60,896 nucleotides of DNA, from assembly GCA_050248855.1 (NCBI GenBank), contig JBFWRP010000014.1:1-60896 (forward strand). Direction: 5' to 3'. This document shows, one piece after another, positions 40,096-48,838 of this stretch. The translations under genes and the position numbers were made by a program. This DNA comes from Planctomycetota bacterium. Its GTDB lineage: Bacteria > Planctomycetota > PLA2 > JAEUHO01. The number at the start of each line of letters is the position of its first letter. Position 1 is the stretch's first letter. Below the pieces are notes generated by a model. It searched no databases and was not told the origin of the DNA. It saw only the letters and a list, made by a program, of their open reading frames with translations.

Positions 40096-42672
40096 CTACG
40101 GAGGCGGAACGAGCGTGATCGTGCCGGGCGCGCCGGCCGGTTCGTCGGGGACGACGCCGAGATCGGTGGCGTCGCCCAGCGTCGGACCGCCCCACCAGCC
40201 GCACGCGTCGGACGGCTCGCAGAAGAAGCCGTCGCGGTCGATGTCTTCCCCGGCGCGCACGTTGAACATGCCGGGGTCGAAGTCCGTGAACCACCAGCGG
40301 TAGTCGAAGTCCGCACACGCGCGCCCGGTGCGGGCCACGAGGGAGCCGCCGCTGGCCGCGTCGAACGCCGTCACGCCCAGGTCCGCGCCCTGCCGCAAGA
40401 GCACCCCGCGCGCGACGCTGACTTGGATGCGGCCGATCGGCACGCCCACGCTGTTGCGCACGGCGATCACGCCCGAGACCCACGAAGGCCCGGCAGGAAT
40501 CTGCGAGCGGATGACGATGACTTCGAGACCCGCGTGGCTGATGACCGCCGTGGGGAGATTGGGCAGGACGGGCACGCCGTAGAGCCAGTCGGCGCCGTCC
40601 TCCGTGATGGCCGTGGGCATGCCGAGGTCGAGGCGCCCGCCGCCGAAGTTGGCCAAGGGGACCGTCACGCGGTCCTCCAAGCCGGACAGCCGCACGCTGT
40701 CCCAGCCCAGGCCCAACGCGGGCGGACGCACGTCCACGTTGCCGAGGTCCGTGAAGGCACGCTGCACGGCAGCGCCGACCTGGACGAGGCCGCTTCCGGT
40801 GCCCACGTCGTCGCCCAGGGGCGTCAAGTCGCGGGCCGTTGCGCGCAACAAGGCCCGCACCTCCGCGGCCGTCAGCGTGGGGTCGACGGACATCACGAGG
40901 GCTGCGGCCGCCGCGACGTGGGGCGCCGCCTGGCTCGTGCCCATGATGCGCAGATGCCCGGCCGCCGACGGCTCCGTCGTCTGGTCACGCACCGCGCCAA
41001 GAATGCCCTCGCTCCAGCCGGAGCCCGCGCGGTCGGCGTTGGTGTTGCCCCCGGGCGCCGCGATCTCGACCTCGGTGCCGAAGTTGCTGTAGGCGGTGCT
41101 GATCAGCGTGCGGTCGACGGCCGCCACGCCCATCACGCTGGGGTAGCGCGCCGGGTACAGGACCTGTGAGGAGCCGTTGTTGCCCACGGCGGCAATCAGC
41201 AGCACGCCGGCGTCGGCGGCCTGCTGGCAGGCGTCCTCGAGCACTTGCGAGTCGATCGCGCTGCCCAGCGACAGGTTCACCACGCGCAAGGGCTCCGCAA
41301 GTCGGCGCCCGTCGGCCGTGGTCAAGAGGCCTGCCGCGAACAGGATGGCGTCGGCGCCGTCGCTGACGAGGCCGCCGCCACGCCCCACGACGCGCAGCGG
41401 CAGGACCCGACAGATGGGAGCGACGCCGCTGATCCCGGCCGCGCCCTGCCCACCGACGGCGATCGAAGCGACGTGCGTGCCGTGCCACGTGCTCAGCCCC
41501 GAGGGCATCAGCTGGTCGCCCATGTCCGTCGGGTCGGCGTCGCGGCCGTTGCCGTCCGCCGAGATCGACGTGGAGCTGATGAAGTCGTAGCCGGCGACGA
41601 CCCGACCCGCGAGGTCGGGGTGGTCGATGATGCCGCTGTCCACGACCCCGATCACGACATCGGGGCTGCCGCGGGTGATGTCCCAAGCCGCCGGCGCACC
41701 GATCACCTGCAGGTTCCACTGCTCGGCGAAGCGCTCGTCGAGCGTTCCGCCGAGCGGGGCCAGGACGTAGTCGGGCTCGGCGAAGCGGACCTCCGGATGC
41801 GCCTCGAGGCGCTCGAGCAAGGCCATCACGGCGTCCTCGCCGTGCGCGCAGTCGGCCGCGTCCAAGTGCACGCACCACCCGCCGCCGCCCAGCCGCCGGC
41901 CGAGCGACGCCCCGACTTCGGCGGCGACGCGCTGCGGATCGGCGCCCTCGACGAAGCCGGCCAGCACGTGGTGGTGGCTGCAGCGCTCTCCCGCCAGCGA
42001 CTCCCCGTCGGGCGGCGCGGCAACCGTCGGCGGAGCCTGGACGGCTGCCGCGGGAGACGCCGCGGCAAGCGCCTTCGCGGAGAGGGGCGCTGGGGTGCCC
42101 GTGCCCTCCAGCCCCACGACGTACCACGCGTGACCCGTCACGATGGACACGCGTACGAACACGGGCGACCCGGCCGTCAGCGTGGTGGAGAGCACCAGCG
42201 GAGGCGTCCCGCCCTGGTCGCCGTCGATCACGATCTGGCCCGTCGCATCCAGCAGCTCGAGGCTCAGCTCGTTGGTGCCCAGGCCGTCGGCGTCGTCGGT
42301 GGCGAAGGACAGCGAGAGCTCGACGTCCTGGTCCACCAGCGAGCTGACGCGGAAGACGTCCAGCGCGTCGGCGGCGCCCCAGGTAGCGGGCGTCAGTGCG
42401 ACGGTGCCGGCGACCTCGACGCGGCAGCCGGGCGGCAGGGCCGCGACCCGGCAGGGCTGCCCGGGCGTGTCGTTGGGCTCCATCTCGGCGATGCGGCCGA
42501 GGTGGACGTCCTGGCGCAGGACGACGCCGCGCAGGCCGTCGAGCGGGCCCTCGGGCTCGGGCGTGCCGCCGGGCTGCGCCCCCGCCCCGCCTCCGCAGGC
42601 CGCCAGCGCCAGCGCGAGGCCGAGCAAGAGGACGTGGCGGGCGGCACGAGACACGCGGCTCTCCGGGCGCAT
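40096..42672 (-). CDS. S8 (subtilisin) serine peptidase lipoprotein
   Basis: Lipobox LAAC; catalytic VVDSG, WHGTHVA, oxyanion AAVGN, GTSQAAPHV; N-terminal EMEPND module. Confidence 0.93.
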   Translation of the reverse strand: MRPESRVSRAARHVLLLGLALALAACGGGAGAQPGGTPEPEGPLDGLRGVVLRQDVHLGRIAEMEPNDTPGQPCRVAALPPGCRVEVAGTVALTPATWGAADALDVFRVSSLVDQDVELSLSFATDDADGLGTNELSLELLDATGQIVIDGDQGGTPPLVLSTTLTAGSPVFVRVSIVTGHAWYVVGLEGTGTPAPLSAKALAAASPAAAVQAPPTVAAPPDGESLAGERCSHHHVLAGFVEGADPQRVAAEVGASLGRRLGGGGWCVHLDAADCAHGEDAVMALLERLEAHPEVRFAEPDYVLAPLGGTLDERFAEQWNLQVIGAPAAWDITRGSPDVVIGVVDSGIIDHPDLAGRVVAGYDFISSTSISADGNGRDADPTDMGDQLMPSGLSTWHGTHVASIAVGGQGAAGISGVAPICRVLPLRVVGRGGGLVSDGADAILFAAGLLTTADGRRLAEPLRVVNLSLGSAIDSQVLEDACQQAADAGVLLIAAVGNNGSSQVLYPARYPSVMGVAAVDRTLISTAYSNFGTEVEIAAPGGNTNADRAGSGWSEGILGAVRDQTTEPSAAGHLRIMGTSQAAPHVAAAAALVMSVDPTLTAAEVRALLRATARDLTPLGDDVGTGSGLVQVGAAVQRAFTDLGNVDVRPPALGLGWDSVRLSGLEDRVTVPLANFGGGRLDLGMPTAITEDGADWLYGVPVLPNLPTAVISHAGLEVIVIRSQIPAGPSWVSGVIAVRNSVGVPIGRIQVSVARGVLLRQGADLGVTAFDAASGGSLVARTGRACADFDYRWWFTDFDPGMFNVRAGEDIDRDGFFCEPSDACGWWGGPTLGDATDLGVVPDEPAGAPGTITLVPPP

Positions 42673-42773
42673 GACGACGGCCCCGGCCCCCGCCAAGCAG
42701 CGGGGCCCGTTCCGAGCCAACCCTCCTATCCTAGCGCGCCGCGCTCGCGGACACGGCGAGCGCCGGAGATCCG

Positions 42774-43847
42774 ATGCTCGGGCCCTGGCTCGCCGCGATT
42801 GCCCTGGCCTGGCTGCTCGTGGGCGCGCTCCTCCACGCGTGTGCCCGCCGCGCACAGCGGCTGGCACGCCGCGAGCCCGCGTCGGCCATCCGGCAGCCGA
42901 TCCCGGCCCCGCCCGGCGATCGCCCGTGGAAGCTCGCCGTGCTCGGTGACCTGCAGCGCGGGGTGGTGGACGTGCCCCGCGCGCTCACGGCCCACCTCGC
43001 CGCCGAACCGGCCGACCTCGTGATCGCGACGGGCGACGTCGCGATCCGCGGCGAGGCGCCCTGGCACGGCTTGGTGCAGGAGGCTCTTGATCGTGCCGGC
43101 CTTGCGACGCCGCTGCGCGCGATCCCCGGCAATCACGACCTCTACCCCAGCCGCTGCCGGGACGACCGCGAGGGCGGGCCCGTCTTCGAGGCCATCTACG
43201 GGCCACGCTCGTGGGGATTCGCGGGCGGACCGGCCCTGCTCGTGGGGTTGGACACGGGCGCGGCGTGGCGCGCCGACCTCGAGTGGCCGCGCGTCGCGGC
43301 GTGGCTCGCGAACCACCCCGGACGACCGTGGCTGCTGTTCACCCACCGCCCGCCCTGGAACTTCGACACGGCCGGCGCACCGCCGTACGTGGACCTGGCG
43401 GCGCTGCCGGATCGCTGGCGCGCGCGACCGCCGAGCGTGGTGATCGCGGGGCACCTCGCGCGCTCCCTCGACATCGTCCGCGATGGCGTGCGCACGGTCG
43501 TCAACGCCGACGGGGGCGACGTACGCGGTCACGCCCGGGCCCCTACCTGGACCCTGCTGCGCCTCGACATCGAGCCCGACGGCGCCGCGTCGCTGCGCAC
43601 CGTGAAGCTCCCGCGCGTCCGGGACGCGGGCGTGGCCCGCGACGTCCTGGCCCTGCGCTTGGCCCGCTCGCGGCGGCGCCTGCCGGGCGCCCTGCTCGCG
43701 GCGCCGTGGCGTGCCTTGCTGGCACCCTTCGGGCGCAACGTCCCGATCCACCGCCCGCCGCGCCGGCGCACGTATCCCTCGCGGGAGGAGGCCTCGACCT
43801 GGTTGGCTACGTCGCAGCCCTTCACGGCCCTGGAGGTCGGCGCCTGA
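42774..43847 (+). CDS. Calcineurin-like metallophosphoesterase with N-terminal TM
   Basis: VLGDLQ, ATGDV, PGNHD, THRP, IAGH motifs. Confidence 0.8.
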   Translation: MLGPWLAAIALAWLLVGALLHACARRAQRLARREPASAIRQPIPAPPGDRPWKLAVLGDLQRGVVDVPRALTAHLAAEPADLVIATGDVAIRGEAPWHGLVQEALDRAGLATPLRAIPGNHDLYPSRCRDDREGGPVFEAIYGPRSWGFAGGPALLVGLDTGAAWRADLEWPRVAAWLANHPGRPWLLFTHRPPWNFDTAGAPPYVDLAALPDRWRARPPSVVIAGHLARSLDIVRDGVRTVVNADGGDVRGHARAPTWTLLRLDIEPDGAASLRTVKLPRVRDAGVARDVLALRLARSRRRLPGALLAAPWRALLAPFGRNVPIHRPPRRRTYPSREEASTWLATSQPFTALEVGA

Positions 43848-45781
43848 TGGACCAGGAGCAGTTCCTCCACGTCGTGCCGTTGGCCGAAGCGCGCAGGCGC
43901 CTGGCGGACGCCGCGCCCCCCCATCCCCTGCCCGCCGAACTCGTCCCCCTCGCCGCGGCCTGGGGGCGCGTCCTGGCCGAGGACGTGGCCGCGCCCCACG
44001 ACGTACCCGGCTTCGACCGTTCCAACGTCGACGGCTGGGCCGTGCAGGCGGCCGACACGTTCGGCGCCTCCGAGCGCGAGCCTGCGCGCCTACGCGCGGT
44101 CGGTGCGCCGCTCGAGCCCGGCATCGCCGCCGACCAGCCGGTGGCGCCGGGGACGGCGCGCGCCATCGCGACGGGCGCGTGCGTGCCGCGCGGCGCCGAC
44201 GCGATCGTCATGGTCGAACACACGCGGGTCGTCGGGGACATCGTCCACATCGAGCGTCCGGCCGTGCCCGGCGAGCGTATCGCTGCCGCCGGCACCGACA
44301 TGGCGCGCGGCGAGCGCGTGCTGTTCGGCGGGCGCGTGCTGACGGCGCGCGACACGGCCGTGCTGGCGGCATGCGGCCTGGCCGAGGTGCCGTGCGTGCG
44401 ACGACCTCGCGTAGCCATCGTGTCGTCGGGCAACGAGATCGTGGCCCCCGGCACGCCCCTCGCCGCGGGCCAGGTCCACGACACGAACGCACGCGCGCTG
44501 GCCGATGCCGTGCGCGAGGTGGGCGGCGAACCGATCGAGCTCGGCATCGTGCGCGACGACCTCGCCGCGAGCACGGCGAAGCTCGACGAGGCCCTGGCCC
44601 TCTCCGATCTCGTGCTCTGGAGCGGGGGCACCAGCAAGGGGCCCGGCGACGTTGCCTACCGTGCCGTGGCCGCGCGCGGGCGCGTGCTGGTGCACGGCGT
44701 GGCTCTCAAACCGGGGAAGCCCCTCTGCCTCGCCGTGATCGACGGCACGCCCGTGGCCGTGCTGCCCGGCTTCCCGACATCGGCCTTGTTCACGTTCCAC
44801 GCGGTCATCGATCCGTGGCTACGCAGGCGGCTCGGCCTCCCGGAGGCGCCCACGAGCACGCTGGAGGCCACATGGCCGCGCACGCATCTGTCGGAGAGCG
44901 GGCGCACCGAGTACGAGCTCGTGCGCCTCGTGCCCGGTCGCGACGGCTGGCTCGCCGTGTCGCTCGGCAAGGGCTCCGGCTCGGTCACCACCTTTGCCAC
45001 GGCGGACGGCTTCGTGGAGATTCCCGCCTCCCAGGAGCGCGTGGACGCGGGCGACCGCGTCCGGGTGGTGCGCTGGGCGCGCGAGGCCGTGACGCCCGAT
45101 CTCGTGATTGCCGGCAGTCATTGCGTGGGGCTGGACCTGCTCGTGGGCCGCTGGCGGCAGCGGCGTCTGCCGGCACACACGGCCCACGTGCAGGTGCTGG
45201 CTCTCGGCAGCCGCGGCGGGCTCGATGCCGTGGTGCGCGGCGCCTGCCACGTGGCCCCCATCCATCTCCTCGACGAGACCAGCGGCCGCTGGAACGAGCC
45301 GTTCCTGCCCGCGAGGACCCGCCTGGTGCATGGCTACGGCCGCCGCCAGGGGCTGTTGCTGCGCCGCGACGACGCCGCGCGCTTCGCCGATCGCGACGTC
45401 GAGGAGGCGATCCTCGAGCTGGCCGCCGACGCGACGATGCGCGTCGCGGCTCGCAATCCCGGCAGCGGGACGCGTCTCCTGATGGACGCCCTGCTCGCCC
45501 GCGGCCGCAAGGAGCCGCTGCTGCCGGCCGGATGGACCACGGCCTACAAGTCGCACACCGCCGTCGCCGTCGCCATCGCGCAAGGCCGCGCCGACTGGGG
45601 CATCGGCTTGGAGCAGGCCGCGAGCGCCGAGGGCTTGGCGTGGCGGCCGTGGGTGGACGAGCAGTACGACTTCGTCGTGCCGGACGAAGCCTTCGACCTC
45701 CCTGCCGTGCAGGACTTCCTCGCCGTGCTGGCCGACCCGACCACGTCGGATGCGCTCGCGCAGGCCGGGTTCCGGCCGTGA
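43847..45781 (+). CDS. moeA: Molybdopterin biosynthesis protein MoeA fused to a PBP (substrate-binding-like) domain
   Basis: PGFDRSNVDGWA, IATGA.VPRGADA, SSGNE, SGGTSKG, KPGKP, LPGFP; C-terminal GSHC..LD, GSRGGL, RNPGSGTR, EQYDF. Confidence 0.93.
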   Translation: MDQEQFLHVVPLAEARRRLADAAPPHPLPAELVPLAAAWGRVLAEDVAAPHDVPGFDRSNVDGWAVQAADTFGASEREPARLRAVGAPLEPGIAADQPVAPGTARAIATGACVPRGADAIVMVEHTRVVGDIVHIERPAVPGERIAAAGTDMARGERVLFGGRVLTARDTAVLAACGLAEVPCVRRPRVAIVSSGNEIVAPGTPLAAGQVHDTNARALADAVREVGGEPIELGIVRDDLAASTAKLDEALALSDLVLWSGGTSKGPGDVAYRAVAARGRVLVHGVALKPGKPLCLAVIDGTPVAVLPGFPTSALFTFHAVIDPWLRRRLGLPEAPTSTLEATWPRTHLSESGRTEYELVRLVPGRDGWLAVSLGKGSGSVTTFATADGFVEIPASQERVDAGDRVRVVRWAREAVTPDLVIAGSHCVGLDLLVGRWRQRRLPAHTAHVQVLALGSRGGLDAVVRGACHVAPIHLLDETSGRWNEPFLPARTRLVHGYGRRQGLLLRRDDAARFADRDVEEAILELAADATMRVAARNPGSGTRLLMDALLARGRKEPLLPAGWTTAYKSHTAVAVAIAQGRADWGIGLEQAASAEGLAWRPWVDEQYDFVVPDEAFDLPAVQDFLAVLADPTTSDALAQAGFRP

Positions 45782-46653
45782 GCGCGAACGTCGTGCGCGG
45801 CGCCATCGTGCTGGCGGGCGGCCGCAGCACGCGCATGGGCCGTGACAAGGCGACGCTGCCTTGGGGCGAGCCCGGTGGCACGCTGCTGGGCCACGTCGTG
45901 CGGGTCCTGCTCGACGTGGTCGACGACGTGGTCGTCGTGGCACGCCGGACCCAACAGCTGCCCGAGCTCCCCGAAGTCGTGCGCGTCGCGCATGACGACG
46001 TCGAGGACGAGGGTCCGCTTCGAGGTCTGCTCGCGGGCCTTCGCGCGACGCGCGCGTCGTCCGTGTACGCCTCGGGCTGCGACACGCCGTGGCTGCGCCG
46101 CGCCTTCGTCGAGGCCCTCTTCGATGCGCAGCCTGCGGGCGGGATCGCCATCGCCACGAGCGAGGGATTCGCCCACCCGCTGGCCGCCGTGTATCCAAGC
46201 GATGCCGCGGACGACGTGGCCGCCTTGCTCGCCGCAGGCCGTCGACGCCCCATCGACCTGCTCGACCGACGGACCACGGTGCGTGTGGACGAGACGGTGC
46301 TCCGCCGCGTCGACCCCGAGCTCGCAAGCCTGGACAACCTGAACGACCCGGCACGCTTCGAGGCGGCGCACGCACGCCAGGTCGTGCCCGACGTGCACAT
46401 CGAGCTCTTCGAGCGTGCCCGTCAGCTGGCCGGGACGGCGGCGGGCTGGGTGCCTGGCCGGACGGCGCGAGAGGCCCTCGCCGCGGCCGCACGTCGCTGG
46501 CCGGCCCTCGTGCCCTCGGTCCTCGGGGCCGACGGCACCCCCGCCCGCACCTACGGCGTCAGCGTGGGCGGCCGCGACTTCCTCCGCGATCTCGATGCGC
46601 CCCTCGCCGACGGAGAGGCCCTGGTCCTCGTGGACGCGCTCTCGGGCGGGTAG
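45778..46653 (+). CDS. mobA: MobA (Moco guanylyltransferase) fused to a C-terminal MoaD/ThiS ubiquitin-like domain
   Basis: LAGGRSTRMGRDKA, GPLRGL, CDTP, HPLAAVY, NLNDP; then VHIELF...LADGEALVLVDALSGG ending in Gly-Gly, in one reading frame. Confidence 0.88.
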   Translation: MSANVVRGAIVLAGGRSTRMGRDKATLPWGEPGGTLLGHVVRVLLDVVDDVVVVARRTQQLPELPEVVRVAHDDVEDEGPLRGLLAGLRATRASSVYASGCDTPWLRRAFVEALFDAQPAGGIAIATSEGFAHPLAAVYPSDAADDVAALLAAGRRRPIDLLDRRTTVRVDETVLRRVDPELASLDNLNDPARFEAAHARQVVPDVHIELFERARQLAGTAAGWVPGRTAREALAAAARRWPALVPSVLGADGTPARTYGVSVGGRDFLRDLDAPLADGEALVLVDALSGG

Positions 46654-46751
46654 CCAGCCGGTCGCGCCTCGGTCCCGGAAAGGCATGGATCCCCGGCGTC
46701 CGGTCGACGCGTCACGCGGCTTCTCCATGGGTACCCCCCAGGAGGTGTTCC

Positions 46752-48797
46752 ATGCCCGCTCGGTCCCTGCCCATCGTCGGTCTCGTTCCCGCTCTCCTCC
46801 TCATGCTCCTGGTCGGCTCGCCCTGGCACGCGCGAAGCGAGTCCGTGGCCACCGGTTCCTTCGCTGCGGGACCTCGCGGCGAACACGCGGCCGTCGCGCT
46901 GCCCGATGGGAGGGTCGTGGCCTTTGGGGGTCTGGGGCCCACCAGTGGCTACCCCCACGGCACCTTCGAGATCTTCGATCCCCAGACCGCGGCCTGGAGC
47001 GTGCACGCCAGCCTTCCCGTGGGACGGCGCCTCGCCACCATGACGCGCCTCGCCGACGGCAGGCTGTTCGTCGTCGGGGGGTCGAGCGGGCCCGCCACGT
47101 TTGCGGACACTGCGTTGCTCGACGTGGAAGCCGGCACGCCGCCCTCGGCGGGCGCCTCGATGAGCACGCCACGGTCGGGTCACACGGCGACCCGTCTGCT
47201 CGATGGCCGCGTGCTGGTGGCGGGGGGCATTGCGACGACGGTCGGCCCCGTAGCGCTCGCGACGGCAGAAGTCTACGACCCCGCCACGGGCGTGTGGACG
47301 GGCGTTGGGCCCATGACGACCGCGCGGTCGCTGCACGCAGCCGTGCGCCTGGCGGATGGCCGAGTCCTCTTGGCGGGCGGTGACCTGGGCTCTGCCAACG
47401 GCTTCGTTGGGCGGACCGTGTGTGAGGTCTTCGATCCGACGAGCGGGACGTTCGGCGCCGTCGCCCCCATGACCACGGCACGCGCCAACTTCGGCCTCCT
47501 CGCGCTCTCCGATGGCCGGATCCTTGCCGTAGGCGGGAACAAGAATGCGAGTGGCTCACCGGTCCTTGCGGCCGAGGTGTTCGACCCCATGGCTGGCGCC
47601 GCCGGCGCATGGACGTCGCTCGGCCCCATCGCGTGCGGCGGCAGCAGCCCTGCCCTGGCGGCACTGCCCGACGGGCGGGTGCTCGTCAGCGGAGGTTGGG
47701 CCGGATCGGGTCTGCCCTACGACGTCGCTCAGATCTTCGACCCGGCGCAGGACGCCTTCGGTCCTCCGCAGGCCCTCCTCATGGGACGCGCGCATCACAC
47801 GACCACGGTGCTACCGGATGGCCGCGTGCTCGTGGCAGGCGGCCTCGCAAGCCCCACGGTGCCCAACTTCACGGCAACGTGCGAGCTGCTCACCGTGCCA
47901 GCCCTCGACACGCCGCCTGTCGCGTCGGCGGGCCCGGACGTTGGCGTCCGACCGGGCGACGTGGTCGTGCTCGACGGAAGTGCATCCTTCGACGACAACA
48001 CCGCGGCCCAGGACCTCGAGCTGGCTTGGACGTTGGTGAGTCGGCCGGCCGACAGCTCGGCCAGCCTGTCTGATGCCCACACGGCCGCTCCGTACTTCAC
48101 TGCGGATCGCGTCGGCACCTACGTGGTCCAACTGGTGGTCATGGACGAGCTGGGCCAAGCAAGCGCCCCGGACACCGTGCAGATCAGCTCGCTGAACCTG
48201 CCGCCCATGGCCGACGCGGGTCCCGACCTCGTCGTGGTCGCGGGGCGCACGTTGACGCTTGCGGGCGTGGCGGATGATCCCGATGACGATCCCGTCAGCA
48301 CGACATGGATGATCGTGGAGCGCCCCGCCGACAGCACGGCCTACTTGGTGGACTCGGACACCTTGACACCAAGCCTGACGCCTGACGTCAGTGGCAGCTT
48401 CGAGCTCGAGCTGATCGTCGAGGACCCCTTCGGAGAACAGGCGGTCGACCGTGTCGTCGTGACCGCGATCCAAGCCGATGAGGCCGCGGCCGAGCTGCTG
48501 GCCGAGGCTTCCGACGTGCTGGCCGGGCTCCCCGACTGCGCGTTCGCGGCCCCAGGCCTCCAGACCGCCTTCCTCCGACTGCTTGGGAGGATCCAAGTAG
48601 CGCTTGCGCGGGGCGACGGCACGGGGCTCGCTATGGCCCGGATCGGACTCAGGCTGCTGTTGACCAGGACGGACGGCGTGCCGATACGTGGGCTCGTGGA
48701 CGTCCGAGGCCCCGGCCGTGACTGGATCGTCGATCCCGGGGCACAGGATGCGATCTACGTCCTGCTGGAGGAGGCGCTGGACCTGCTCGCAGCCTGA
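46752..48797 (+). CDS. Secreted Kelch-repeat beta-propeller with two PKD/Ig-like domains
   Basis: AGGAGGT RBS; signal peptide; six L.DGRV..GG Kelch repeats; PVASAGPD and PMADAGPD PKD starts. Confidence 0.9.
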   Translation: MPARSLPIVGLVPALLLMLLVGSPWHARSESVATGSFAAGPRGEHAAVALPDGRVVAFGGLGPTSGYPHGTFEIFDPQTAAWSVHASLPVGRRLATMTRLADGRLFVVGGSSGPATFADTALLDVEAGTPPSAGASMSTPRSGHTATRLLDGRVLVAGGIATTVGPVALATAEVYDPATGVWTGVGPMTTARSLHAAVRLADGRVLLAGGDLGSANGFVGRTVCEVFDPTSGTFGAVAPMTTARANFGLLALSDGRILAVGGNKNASGSPVLAAEVFDPMAGAAGAWTSLGPIACGGSSPALAALPDGRVLVSGGWAGSGLPYDVAQIFDPAQDAFGPPQALLMGRAHHTTTVLPDGRVLVAGGLASPTVPNFTATCELLTVPALDTPPVASAGPDVGVRPGDVVVLDGSASFDDNTAAQDLELAWTLVSRPADSSASLSDAHTAAPYFTADRVGTYVVQLVVMDELGQASAPDTVQISSLNLPPMADAGPDLVVVAGRTLTLAGVADDPDDDPVSTTWMIVERPADSTAYLVDSDTLTPSLTPDVSGSFELELIVEDPFGEQAVDRVVVTAIQADEAAAELLAEASDVLAGLPDCAFAAPGLQTAFLRLLGRIQVALARGDGTGLAMARIGLRLLLTRTDGVPIRGLVDVRGPGRDWIVDPGAQDAIYVLLEEALDLLAA

Positions 48798-48838
48798 ACC
48801 GGCGCCGCGCACACCGCCCGGCGCTATCTTCATCGACC

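Noticed and set aside
42673..42773. Moco/Wco riboswitch ahead of the moeA operon, or cobalamin riboswitch near the adenosyltransferase
   Set aside because: No recognisable consensus elements; the region upstream of the adenosyltransferase is occupied by the repeat array.
46677..46702. Possible ECF promoter (GGAAA-N15-CGTC) upstream of the Kelch gene
   Set aside because: The match is short with atypical spacing, and no second instance was found upstream of the ECF operon.
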